Under the pieces are notes generated by a model, which saw only the letters and a program-made list of their open reading frames with translations, was not told the origin of the DNA and did not search any database. A stretch of DNA of 64,000 nucleotides from NCBI GenBank assembly GCA_949289155.1, contig CASEMX010000013.1, positions 39,065 to 103,064 of the forward strand. The letters run 5' to 3'. This DNA is from an uncultured Parabacteroides sp. (GTDB lineage Bacteria; Bacteroidota; Bacteroidia; Bacteroidales; Tannerellaceae). Shown here in pieces: positions 1 to 9,332 of this stretch (the first letter of the stretch is position 1; every line of letters starts with the position of its first letter). The translations under genes were made by a program, and so were the position numbers.

Positions 1-1
1 C

Positions 2-1183
2 CACCAGCTGTATGCCGAGTTGGGATATAAATGGATAAAGCTGAGCATCGGGAGCAAAGAGCGTTACCAATCGATGGTGGACCCGTTCCTCAGCAGCGGC
101 GATATGATTCTTTCCAATAATGCCCGGCCGATACCGGAAGTCAACCTGTCGGTCCCCGAATATACGACCATCCCCCGCACCAAAGGCTGGCTGCAGGTGA
201 AGGGAAACTTCAGTGTCGGGAAATCCATCGATACCGGCTATTTGGACGAGTTCTATTCCGACCGATATACCCTGATTAAGGATGTGCTCTGGCATCATAA
301 AGCCCTCTCTTTCCAAATAAAGGATACGGAGGGAGGCTTCCCGCTGTCGGCTACAGTCGGCGCACAGCATATCGCCCAATGGGGCGGGACATCGACTGAC
401 CCGAAGATAGGAGAGCAACCCCACTCCTTCGTCGATTTCCTGCGGATTGTCGTAGGAAGCCGGGGAGGCAGCAACGCTTCGGCATCCGACCAAGTCAACG
501 TGCTGGGCAGCCATCATATCTCTTTCGATTTCAGCCTTGCCTATGCCGCAAGCGACTGGTCGGTCAAAGGCTATTACCAGCACCTTTGCTACGACAAATC
601 CGGCACGGAGTTCCGCAACGGGACCGACGGACTATGGGGAATCCAGCTGGATTTCCCGAAGTTCCAATGGATGAACCGCATTGTCTTTGAATATATCACC
701 ACCCGCAACCAAAGCGGACCGTTCCATTATATCTGGTTCGACCGCGAGAACCATCCGGGACGCGGAGGCGGAGGAGACAACTATTATAATAATGAAGAAT
801 ATGTAACCGGGAACTCCTACTTCAACCGCGGAGTCGGCTCACCCCTGATTCTTTCGCCGGAATATAACGAGAACCGTATGCCGGGATTCCTGAATAACCG
901 CATCCGGGATTGGCATCTCGGCGTGCAAGGGAAACTATCCCCGCAGGTCAGCTACCGGATGAAGCTGACTGTCATGAACCTTTGGGGAACAGCCACACGC
1001 CCTTCGCTCCATAAACAAAAAGGCGTCTCGCTGATGGCTAATATCCAGTATGTCCATCCCAAACTGAAAGGCTGGCGATTCAGCGGAGCTATCGGTGCGG
1101 ATACCGGCGACGTATTCGGCAAAAAAAGTACCGGATTCGAACTAAAGGTAGCCAAATCCGGTATTATCAGTCGATATAAATAA
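2..1183 (+). CDS. Outer-membrane protein, probably capsule-assembly Wzi family (5'-partial, frame open to the window edge)
   Basis: No stop upstream of the TTG at 20 in this frame. Amphipathic beta-strand pattern; segments such as HHKALSFQI, HLCYDKSG..FRN..DGLWG and DNYYNN..Y..G.SY..R..GSPL resemble Bacteroidetes Wzi-like proteins (recognised from memory). Confidence 0.6.
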   Translation, partial: HQLYAELGYKWIKLSIGSKERYQSMVDPFLSSGDMILSNNARPIPEVNLSVPEYTTIPRTKGWLQVKGNFSVGKSIDTGYLDEFYSDRYTLIKDVLWHHKALSFQIKDTEGGFPLSATVGAQHIAQWGGTSTDPKIGEQPHSFVDFLRIVVGSRGGSNASASDQVNVLGSHHISFDFSLAYAASDWSVKGYYQHLCYDKSGTEFRNGTDGLWGIQLDFPKFQWMNRIVFEYITTRNQSGPFHYIWFDRENHPGRGGGGDNYYNNEEYVTGNSYFNRGVGSPLILSPEYNENRMPGFLNNRIRDWHLGVQGKLSPQVSYRMKLTVMNLWGTATRPSLHKQKGVSLMANIQYVHPKLKGWRFSGAIGADTGDVFGKKSTGFELKVAKSGIISRYK

Positions 1184-1203
1184 CAAGAATGTAATCTTAT
1201 TTC

Positions 1204-1941
1204 TTACTTGAACTCGTCCCACAACCCTTGTGCGATGACAGCCTGCGTCTGCTCGGCAATCTGTTGCAATCCCTTATGCGAGACATCCATGCCCTCAATG
1301 GAAATCGGGTCATGGATAACCATTTCCATCTTATGACGATGCAGATTCAATGACCCGATAGGCAGAACATAAAAAGGACCGTTCAAGGTAATCGGGACAA
1401 TCGGCAAATGCTGGTCGGCAGCCATCTGGAATGCCCCTTTCTTAAAACGCCTCATCTTGCCGGTCTCAGAACGGGAACCTTCCGGGAAAATGGCGATAGA
1501 CGCTCCCCGACGCAAGCATTTCTCCGCCTCTCCAAGCGAACGAGCCGCTGCTTTCGAAGTCGAATGGTCCACAAAAACAAATCCGGCAGCCCGGCATGCC
1601 GCTCCGACAAAAGGAATCTTCCCGATGCCCGCTTTCATCACCCATTTGATAGGAACCCCCAAGAAACCATATATAAGGAAAATATCGAATGCACCCTGAT
1701 GGTTTGCCGCAAAGATATAAGACTGTCCGCGCTTTATCTTCTCCCTACCGCGTACTTTTACAGGGCAAAGCGCCAAGTAGCAAGTGAGTCTCGACCAAAT
1801 CATCCCCGGATAATAAGAAAAGATACGTTCTCCACCCAAAAGACAGCCGACAATCGTTGTAAGTGCAGTTAAAAGTGTCAGAACCAAGAATATCGGCACA
1901 AAAATAATCCACGTGTACAAAATATAAAATAAACGCTGCAT
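1204..1941 (-). CDS. plsC: 1-acyl-sn-glycerol-3-phosphate acyltransferase
   Basis: NHQGAFD (HX4D) and FPEGSRS acyltransferase motifs; N-terminal TM segment. Confidence 0.9.
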   Translation of the reverse strand: MQRLFYILYTWIIFVPIFLVLTLLTALTTIVGCLLGGERIFSYYPGMIWSRLTCYLALCPVKVRGREKIKRGQSYIFAANHQGAFDIFLIYGFLGVPIKWVMKAGIGKIPFVGAACRAAGFVFVDHSTSKAAARSLGEAEKCLRRGASIAIFPEGSRSETGKMRRFKKGAFQMAADQHLPIVPITLNGPFYVLPIGSLNLHRHKMEMVIHDPISIEGMDVSHKGLQQIAEQTQAVIAQGLWDEFK

Positions 1942-2084
1942 AGCTGAAATGATTAATTACGGAACAAAGATAGGAGCTAATTTCACAGAATTCATCATTT
2001 TTCTCCTAAAATATTTTTACAATCGGGTTATTATTGCTTTATTTGCATAGAAATACGAATAATCAATAAAAGTCGTCTATAACC

Positions 2085-2255
2085 ATGAACGAGTTACTTA
2101 AAAATTTAGGAGTGATTGTCCTCCTTATCGGTGTAGTTATATTGGCTGTTCCTGCATTGACAGGCGGTATGACGAATGCAATTTTACTGACAGGTTTAGT
2201 TGTTATTGTAATCGGCTATTTAAGCCATATCGTTATCAACAAACGTGTTGAGTAA
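2085..2255 (+). CDS. Small 56-aa two-TM membrane protein (below the ORF-track cutoff)
   Basis: ATG at 2085 after an A-rich region, TAA at 2253-2255; MNELLKNLGVIVLLIGVVILAVPALTGGMTNAILLTGLVVIVIGYLSHIVINKRVE; fills the gap between plsC and the cobD-like gene. Confidence 0.75.
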   Translation: MNELLKNLGVIVLLIGVVILAVPALTGGMTNAILLTGLVVIVIGYLSHIVINKRVE

Positions 2256-2310
2256 ACGCTGTTAAATTAAGAGTTATGAAATCCGGCTTTGTCCGATTCA
2301 TAGCTCTTAA

Positions 2311-3351
2311 TTATTTTTTGCCTTCATCTTGGCTAAGATATTCCTGCAAGAGCTCCACGAATTGCCGGTTTTCTTCCGGTCTTTGCGTTGAAAGACGAAA
2401 GTAACGCTCGTCCAATCCTCGGAAATTAGACGCATCACGTATTAATATCCCCTGTCGGTCCAACAAAAACGTTTTCAAATCGCTTGCCTTTTTCCCTTCC
2501 GGCAAACGGCAAAGGAAAAAGGTCACAGACGAGGGCAATACCTCTATCCCCATCTTCCGAATTGCCTCCTGCAACCGGTGCGTATCCTCCAACCATTGCT
2601 GCAAAGGCAAAACGAATTGCTCCGGATGCGACAATGTATATTTCCCGACTTCCACTGCCAAGGCATTGACCGACCAAGGTATCAAATAATTCTCCAATCG
2701 TCGGATAATTTCTTTAGATGCCGCCACATAACCTATCCGGATGCCTGGAATCTTATGCAACTTGGAAATCGATTGGACCAAAATCAGATTCGGATACTCC
2801 TCCACATCCTTTATCTCCAATAATTTCTCAGGATAAAAATCAGAATAGACTTGGTCGATTACGAAAAATGTCCGAGGATTCTTCCGAATTAATTGAAGTA
2901 ATTCTTCCCGTGCTATCACATGTCCGTCCGGATTATTGGGATTGCAAAGCCAACAAACCGCCGTATCCTCCAAAGAAAGCTCCGATAACGGCAGGCTATT
3001 CGTGAAAAAAGAGAGCTGATGCTGATGCAAGCGGCACGCATCCTCATATTCTGCAAAAGAGGGAATAAAAATCGTAGACTTTGCCCCTCTCCAAGCCTCA
3101 GCAATCAAATAAAAAGCGGTAATCGAACCGTTCGTCACCAATAGATGCTCGGCAGATACATTATATATACCCGCCAATTTCTGCCTTAGCGAAGCCGCAT
3201 CGGGCTCCGGGTAACGTGCAACTTGAAAAAACGATTGATAGATATGTTCTCGAAGCGGAGCCAAATCCGCGCCATACCAAACATTCGAACTATAATTCAC
3301 TCTTATCTCTCGACTCGACCGATAATAATCATCCCCGTGTCCGAACAACAT
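2311..3351 (-). CDS. cobD: PLP-dependent class I/II aminotransferase, threonine-phosphate decarboxylase (CobD-like)
   Basis: YSSNV, RYPEP, LCNPNNPDG, IDQVY, QSISKLHKIPGIRIGY (PLP lysine) and LIRDASNFRGL motifs. Confidence 0.7.
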   Translation of the reverse strand: MLFGHGDDYYRSSREIRVNYSSNVWYGADLAPLREHIYQSFFQVARYPEPDAASLRQKLAGIYNVSAEHLLVTNGSITAFYLIAEAWRGAKSTIFIPSFAEYEDACRLHQHQLSFFTNSLPLSELSLEDTAVCWLCNPNNPDGHVIAREELLQLIRKNPRTFFVIDQVYSDFYPEKLLEIKDVEEYPNLILVQSISKLHKIPGIRIGYVAASKEIIRRLENYLIPWSVNALAVEVGKYTLSHPEQFVLPLQQWLEDTHRLQEAIRKMGIEVLPSSVTFFLCRLPEGKKASDLKTFLLDRQGILIRDASNFRGLDERYFRLSTQRPEENRQFVELLQEYLSQDEGKK

Positions 3352-3358
3352 AACCGTT

Positions 3359-6253
3359 TTAGTCTTTCAATGATTTATAAATCGTATCCTGTATGCGCGT
3401 CCGGATATTCAACGCGGACAATTTCTTATTATTCCGAGTAGGATAAACCCGATTGCATAAGAAAATATAGATTATCTGATGGTCCGGGTCAACCCAAAAG
3501 CAGGTTCCGGTAAATCCTGTATGTCCATAAACCGATGCCGGAGCCAACGCCCCACATGGCGAAACTTTACTTCCTACCTTCGGCCGGTCAAATCCCAATC
3601 CTCTGCGGCAAGTCGGACTCTTTGTTTTGGTAAATAACCGGACTGTCTCATCCGACAGATAGCGATCCCCGCCATATATACCATTATTTAATAGCAACTG
3701 AAGCACCTTTGCCAAGTCATTCGCATTTGAGAATAATCCTGCATTACCGGAAACTCCTCCCTGAAAAGCTGCCGCCTCATCATGTACATACCCGCGAATC
3801 AACTGATGCCGGACCGTTTTATCATATTCCGTAGGCACAATCAAAGAGGAATCCATTCGCGACAGCGGATTATAGGTCAAATGCCATGCCCCTAACGGTG
3901 CAAAGAAATTCTCTTGCAGGAATTGGTCCATCGGCTGATGCAGCAGGTTCTCCACCATCATCTTTAACAAGATAAAATTGACGCAACTATAACGATAGGC
4001 TTTGTTCCTCAGCTTCGAATCCTTTATCATTTGCATGATTGTATCCTGAAAAGAGCTTTTCAGATAGATATTTCTTGCCACTTGTGTCGGATAACCGGGC
4101 TTAGGCGTGGTAGAAACCAGCTCCGGTTTGAACTTTCCCTTTTCCATTGCCTTTGTATAAAAGTTAATAATCGGGACAATCCCGGACTGATGGAAGAGCA
4201 TTTCCTTAATCGTGACATTCTTTTTATTTGAATCTTTCAGTTCCGGGATGTAAGTTGCTATCTTATCCGTCAGCTTAAACTTCTTCTCGTCGTAAGCTTT
4301 CATGACGGCAAGCAATGTCCCGGCAGCTTTTGAGGCTGAAGCCAAATCATAAACCGATTCATTCGTTATCGGCTGGCGATGTTCGTAGTCATACCGTCCG
4401 AAAGAGCGGCTATACACCACCATTCCATCCTTAGCCACCAACAACTGGCAACCCGGATAGGCTTTCACCTTGATGCCCTCTTCTGCTATCCGGGAAATTT
4501 CCTCCAAACGTTCCGGATTCAGTCCGACCTCTTCCGGTTCATGATAGCCCAATCGGGTTTTCGGCGTAAAAATACCTGCGCCGGCAAAATACAATTCCGG
4601 AATCGACACCGGCAACTTCCCCTTTGCCGCAATTCCTCCGAAAATAGCTTGTGCGGCATACTGTTGCGCCAATGGCGTCCCTTCGTATGCCAATACCACC
4701 GCTTTCGCTTTAGCTATCGACTGCTTATAAGATTTGCAGAAATAGGGAATGGTGAAGAAAGTATAGACCAATTGCTTCTTTCCTGCCAATGCCCGTAGAG
4801 AAGCACTCTCCGGAATCCGTACCGTATGCACCGCGCAAAGAATCAAATCGTATTTATCCAATTTATTATAGACCTGCTGCACCTTCGCAGCGCTCATTGT
4901 CCGCGTAATCGTATAATTGTCTGCCTGAACATAGGCAGAAACAGTTTCTTCGAAGTCATCCGATACGGCATCTCCGATGGTCAGTACGGCAACTTTCGGT
5001 TGTTTCAAATCGGCAATGGGCAATATACGGTTTTCATTCTTCAAGACGGTAATTGCCTCTTCATTCAATTTGGCAGCCAACCATGCCGCATGCGCTGTGT
5101 TCAATCGTTCGGACAATCCCTTCAAGGCTATCGGCTGATAGTTATGGAGTCCGGCAATATATTTATACTTCAATATCTTCAGGCATTTGGCTTCGACATA
5201 CGACATCGGGATTGTCCCCTCCTCAACCGCTGCCTTTACTGCCCGATAGTCAGAAATCGGCGCACGTGGAGCCAGCAAGATATCATTACCCGCCAGCAAA
5301 GCCTGCACGCAGGGATTATCTGCTTTCTTCGCACTCGCCCCTTTCATCGCCAACGCATCGGTAAAGCAAAGCCCTTTGAAACCCAATTCCTTTTGCAGCA
5401 AATCGGTGACTATGGAATGAGAGAATGACGCCGCCCTGCCCTTCTGCTTCTCCAATGCCGGAACATACAAATGCCCCGTCATGACTCCTGCAAAACCCTG
5501 ACGGATATATTGGCGAAAAGGCAGCAACTCTACCGAATCCAACCGTGCCCGGTTATGATATATCGTCGGCAATGTCTCATGCGAATCGTCCGAAGTATCG
5601 CCATGTCCGGGGAAATGCTTGGCGACCGAGATGATTCCTGCCCCTTCCAATCCTTGCGAATAGGCAATTCCCTTTTCTGTCACGGCATAGGGGCTTTCAC
5701 CAAACGAGCGGATACCGATAACCGGGTTCTCTTCATTGCTATTCACATCCAAATCGGGCGCGAAGTTGATATGGATTCCCATCACATGGCACTGCCGCGC
5801 CACCTCCTCGCCATATTTCCGGATAAGCAATTTATCTTCTATCGCCCCCAGCATCATATTCTTCGGGAAACGGGTCGTCCCGCTCAGGCGCATCGACAAT
5901 CCCCATTCGCCATCCAGCGAGACAAACAACGGGATCCGTGCCTCCGCCTGCATCTGGTTTGTCAGGAACGCTTGGTCTTCCGGACGGCCTTTATGAAACA
6001 ATACCCCGCCAATCTTCTGCTCGCGCACATACCGTTTCAGTTTCTGCACATTCTGGGTACTTGTGCTCACGTCCGCCACCACCATAAACAACTGCCCTAT
6101 CCGCTCGTCCATGCTCATCGAGTCGAAGACGGAATCCGCCCAATGATTCATCGCCTCCTCATCCACATTCCGATAAAGAGTAGGCATCTGTTGGGCAGAC
6201 AAACCACTGACTGCCAACCAACAGCCAAGTAACATACCGATAATCTTATTCAT
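3359..6253 (-). CDS. GH3 beta-N-acetylglucosaminidase fused to a C-terminal serine hydrolase (beta-lactamase/AmpC-like) domain
   Basis: Signal peptide; GH3 motifs DGEWG, KHFPGHG(DT), FTDAL; C-terminal SASK (SxxK), YSCVN and GHTGFTG. Confidence 0.9.
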   Translation of the reverse strand: MNKIIGMLLGCWLAVSGLSAQQMPTLYRNVDEEAMNHWADSVFDSMSMDERIGQLFMVVADVSTSTQNVQKLKRYVREQKIGGVLFHKGRPEDQAFLTNQMQAEARIPLFVSLDGEWGLSMRLSGTTRFPKNMMLGAIEDKLLIRKYGEEVARQCHVMGIHINFAPDLDVNSNEENPVIGIRSFGESPYAVTEKGIAYSQGLEGAGIISVAKHFPGHGDTSDDSHETLPTIYHNRARLDSVELLPFRQYIRQGFAGVMTGHLYVPALEKQKGRAASFSHSIVTDLLQKELGFKGLCFTDALAMKGASAKKADNPCVQALLAGNDILLAPRAPISDYRAVKAAVEEGTIPMSYVEAKCLKILKYKYIAGLHNYQPIALKGLSERLNTAHAAWLAAKLNEEAITVLKNENRILPIADLKQPKVAVLTIGDAVSDDFEETVSAYVQADNYTITRTMSAAKVQQVYNKLDKYDLILCAVHTVRIPESASLRALAGKKQLVYTFFTIPYFCKSYKQSIAKAKAVVLAYEGTPLAQQYAAQAIFGGIAAKGKLPVSIPELYFAGAGIFTPKTRLGYHEPEEVGLNPERLEEISRIAEEGIKVKAYPGCQLLVAKDGMVVYSRSFGRYDYEHRQPITNESVYDLASASKAAGTLLAVMKAYDEKKFKLTDKIATYIPELKDSNKKNVTIKEMLFHQSGIVPIINFYTKAMEKGKFKPELVSTTPKPGYPTQVARNIYLKSSFQDTIMQMIKDSKLRNKAYRYSCVNFILLKMMVENLLHQPMDQFLQENFFAPLGAWHLTYNPLSRMDSSLIVPTEYDKTVRHQLIRGYVHDEAAAFQGGVSGNAGLFSNANDLAKVLQLLLNNGIYGGDRYLSDETVRLFTKTKSPTCRRGLGFDRPKVGSKVSPCGALAPASVYGHTGFTGTCFWVDPDHQIIYIFLCNRVYPTRNNKKLSALNIRTRIQDTIYKSLKD

Positions 6254-6438
6254 CCTTCATCTTATAAAACAGACTCAAAAGTAAAGAAAATAATTAATCC
6301 GGACAAGAAAATCTATCCGCTATTTGTTTATATCCCAAAGATTTCGTTACTTTGCAGCGCTTTACGCAACGCTGGCAGGACAAAGCAGCCTGTTTATTTG
6401 CGTAACTATTATCAACAATTTTAAATACAAATAACACA

Positions 6439-6786
6439 ATGGATTTAATTAAAGTTGCAGAAGAGGCTTTCGCTACAAAGAAAGAGCACCCTTCGTTCAA
6501 GAGCGGTGATACTGTTACTATCGCTTACCGTATCAAAGAAGGTAACAAGGAACGTATCCAGCAGTACCGCGGTGTCGTTATCCGTATCTCCGGACATGGC
6601 GACAAGAAGCGTTTCACCGTACGTAAGATGTCTGAGAATGTCGGCGTAGAAAGAATTTTCCCGATTGAATCACCGTTCATCGAAAGTATTACAGTAAACA
6701 AGGTAGGTCGTGTTCGTCGTGCTAAACTGTATTACTTGCGTGCTTTGACCGGAAAGAAAGCAAGAATCAAAGAAAAGAGAATGTAA
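6439..6786 (+). CDS. rplS: 50S ribosomal protein L19
   Basis: [24 protein letters not shown] and [10 protein letters not shown] motifs. Confidence 0.98.
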   Translation: MDLIKVAEEAFATKKEHPSFKSGDTVTIAYRIKEGNKERIQQYRGVVIRISGHGDKKRFTVRKMSENVGVERIFPIESPFIESITVNKVGRVRRAKLYYLRALTGKKARIKEKRM

Positions 6787-6810
6787 TCGATTCCACGATT
6801 CAATCATACA

Positions 6811-6846
6811 AAAAGCCATTCGGATTCCTCCGGATGGCTTTTTGTT
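6811..6846 (+). terminator. Intrinsic terminator after rplS
   Basis: AAAAGCCAT(T)CGGA-TTCC-TCCGGATGGCTTTT followed by a T-run. Confidence 0.8.
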
Positions 6847-6855
6847 TATCCCTCC

Positions 6856-6929
6856 CGACCGAGCCTACCTCACTCGGCGACCGAGGCTACCTCACCCGGC
6901 GACCGAGGTGACCTCAGTCGGCGACCGTG
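6856..6929. repeat. 22-bp tandem array, about 3.5 units (CGACCGAGgctACCTCAcyCGG)
   Basis: Units start at 6856, 6878, 6900 and 6922. Confidence 0.85.
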
Positions 6930-6939
6930 GTTAACACAA

Positions 6940-6969
6940 TCGCCACCCCGAGCGGACTCAGGATGGCGA
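6940..6969 (-). terminator. 3' hairpin of surface-protein paralog 1, shared with paralog 2
   Basis: Minus strand reads TCGCCATCCTGAG-TCCG-CTCGGGGTGGCGA; nearly identical to 63757-63786. Confidence 0.7.
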
Positions 6970-6995
6970 AATGTTGCATGTCTTAACGGCCTCTT

Positions 6996-9332
6996 TTATA
7001 ATCTTACTTTAAATCGCTGCTCGTCGATACATATAATATATATGCCGCGCTGCAGACCGGTGTATTGCTTCAATCCCACTTGCGTTTCGTTCTTCATGAC
7101 TGCGCCGCTGGCTGAGATTATCGTTACTTTCTCCTCAGTCGGAGTATATACATAGATGCTTCCATCCTTCGTATAGACCTTTGCACCTTCGATGTTCTCG
7201 ATGCCGGTTGGCACTGCACCTTCGGCACGGACATAAATATCGGTGTAGATATTCTCAATGATATATTCGTTCGGGTTTTCGGTCGGCGTCAATGTCAAAT
7301 CCTCCCAATACCCAAAGAGGCTACGCTTGAACGTCAGAGCCAAGTCCGTGGTATCAAATTCTTCATCTACCTTGATGGTCACAAGCACCGACTGTCCCTC
7401 TTTCACCACATCGCGACTGAACTCAACCGTCACGCCCTCGCAGATTTCCTCTTCGTAGATGTTGTAGTATTTGGGAGCGTCCGGAACGATGCCGCCCTGT
7501 TCGTCGTCGCCTTCGTCAGGGTCAGTTGGCTCTTCGTTTTTCGTAAATTGGGCAGTAACTGTTACATCTGCGTCCGGCATGGTAAATGTATAGATATTCT
7601 CGCCGGTTAATGTGGTTTCGATTGCCTCCGTACCCACAACCGACAATCCGCCGAACGTATAGCCTTCGCCAGTTGTAACCGTGAGTGTGATTGTTTCGCC
7701 GACAATTGCCGTAGTTTTATCAGATGCAACCGTTCCGCCTTCTGTATCAACGATGGTAATTGTGTGTGCCGTTTTCTTTTGAGCATACAAGGTTATATCT
7801 TCACTTATCGCTGATTCAGAAGTATAAAGATTGCCTTCGCCATCATACCAACCTGCATTCTCTTCCAATTCCGGCAAGTTCAGATAGCCGCTGTTTGCAT
7901 ATTGCTCTGCAGCTGCCGTTTCATCATAGCTTTCATAATTTAATGTCAATTTATAAACAGCATCATCTGGTGTGAAACATAATAAAGTAGGAGATTCGGC
8001 TGGCGTGTTGCTATGGAGGTCTTGCCCGTAATTGCCTCCTGCTTTTCTTAGTTCGTAGGCTACTGTGCCGTCTATGAATTCTTCTTCAGTAGCTTTCTCT
8101 ATTTCGCCTCCTTTGTTATTATAGCTATCGTTATTATTTCCTCCAACAGCATTCACTCCTTTTTGCTGTAAATAATAGTTATTGCTAAATTTTGTATTGT
8201 TAATGCTTCCTGAGATACTTCCAACATTTACAAACGAGAGAATACCCTCAGAAACTTTTACCGTTGATTCGATCGTTCCTACATTATAACAATTAGTAAT
8301 TTCATTGCCCATCTCGTTCGCATTAATACCACCAATATATATCGCACATGTGTTGTCCTGTCCTGATACTTTTATTTCACCAGTATTATAGCAGGATGTA
8401 ATAGTAGAAGGTTTATTTGGATTGTTTCCAATTCCACTAATATACAACGTATAAAGAATCAGTGGATTTTGATTTTTGTTTCCAAATTCATTTACTGACA
8501 CATTTATAGTCCCTGTATTATATGAATTCACAATATCAATATTGGCAGATGGTTTGTCTTTGCTATTAATATTAGATATTCCACTAATAAAAATTCCACA
8601 TTGGCCATATGATTCTCCATTGTACGAAATATCATCCATTGAAACATTTATATTCCCCATATTACAACAAGACTCTATTCTTTCGTTTTCATATAAACCA
8701 CATATTCCACCAACATTGAGACTTGTGATTTTTGCTTTATCTCCTTTTATATTTATCAGCCCATCAAAAGAACATTTAACTATACTTCCGAATCCATCTA
8801 CGTTTCCGGCAATACCTCCTATATTTTTTAATTTCTCGTTTATTGAAACATCTATATAGCTATTGTCTATATGCACATTTTGTATAGTTCCAGCTATAAG
8901 TCCAAACAATCCAAGATGCTCATATTCTGATTCTATGTTTGATTTTAAATAAAGTCCGCTAATTGTATGTCCATTCCCATCAAATGTGCCATTGAAATTA
9001 GAGACGACTGCATTCTCACTTATTGGCGTCCATTCTTTCGCCGTTCCCGTAAAAACATCAGTCTCGCTTGTTGCTTTTTTATTAAAAATAATTCCAGGGT
9101 TCAAATCTATATCATGAGTCAATATAATAGTTTTCCCCTTAAAACCATCTGTCTCTTCATTCACTAACTTCGCCAATCCCGCCAATTCTTCCGCCGTAGA
9201 TATTTCGAATGTGGTTCCATTTTCTTTATACCAATCTGTATTGGCATTATCAATCCAATTTTCCTGCCCCCAAACCGCACCACTAAGCGTTGCCAAGAAC
9301 GCCATCAATAAAGTAAAAATTCTTGTCTTCAT
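6996..9332 (-). CDS. Secreted surface protein (paralog 1): signal peptide, GLUG/beta-helix repeats, InlB-B-like/Ig repeats, C-terminal T9SS-type sorting-like (DUF6383-like) domain
   Basis: Real start is MKTRIFTLLMAFLATLSGAVWG|QE at 9332 (the track start at 9473 lies in the leader). ISTAEELAGLA, FDGNGHTISGLY, repeated CYNxGxI and GGIxG; ends PTGIENIEGAKVY..GIYII..RFKVRL. Domain names come from pattern recall, not a database search. Confidence 0.75.
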   Translation of the reverse strand: MKTRIFTLLMAFLATLSGAVWGQENWIDNANTDWYKENGTTFEISTAEELAGLAKLVNEETDGFKGKTIILTHDIDLNPGIIFNKKATSETDVFTGTAKEWTPISENAVVSNFNGTFDGNGHTISGLYLKSNIESEYEHLGLFGLIAGTIQNVHIDNSYIDVSINEKLKNIGGIAGNVDGFGSIVKCSFDGLINIKGDKAKITSLNVGGICGLYENERIESCCNMGNINVSMDDISYNGESYGQCGIFISGISNINSKDKPSANIDIVNSYNTGTINVSVNEFGNKNQNPLILYTLYISGIGNNPNKPSTITSCYNTGEIKVSGQDNTCAIYIGGINANEMGNEITNCYNVGTIESTVKVSEGILSFVNVGSISGSINNTKFSNNYYLQQKGVNAVGGNNNDSYNNKGGEIEKATEEEFIDGTVAYELRKAGGNYGQDLHSNTPAESPTLLCFTPDDAVYKLTLNYESYDETAAAEQYANSGYLNLPELEENAGWYDGEGNLYTSESAISEDITLYAQKKTAHTITIVDTEGGTVASDKTTAIVGETITLTVTTGEGYTFGGLSVVGTEAIETTLTGENIYTFTMPDADVTVTAQFTKNEEPTDPDEGDDEQGGIVPDAPKYYNIYEEEICEGVTVEFSRDVVKEGQSVLVTIKVDEEFDTTDLALTFKRSLFGYWEDLTLTPTENPNEYIIENIYTDIYVRAEGAVPTGIENIEGAKVYTKDGSIYVYTPTEEKVTIISASGAVMKNETQVGLKQYTGLQRGIYIICIDEQRFKVRL

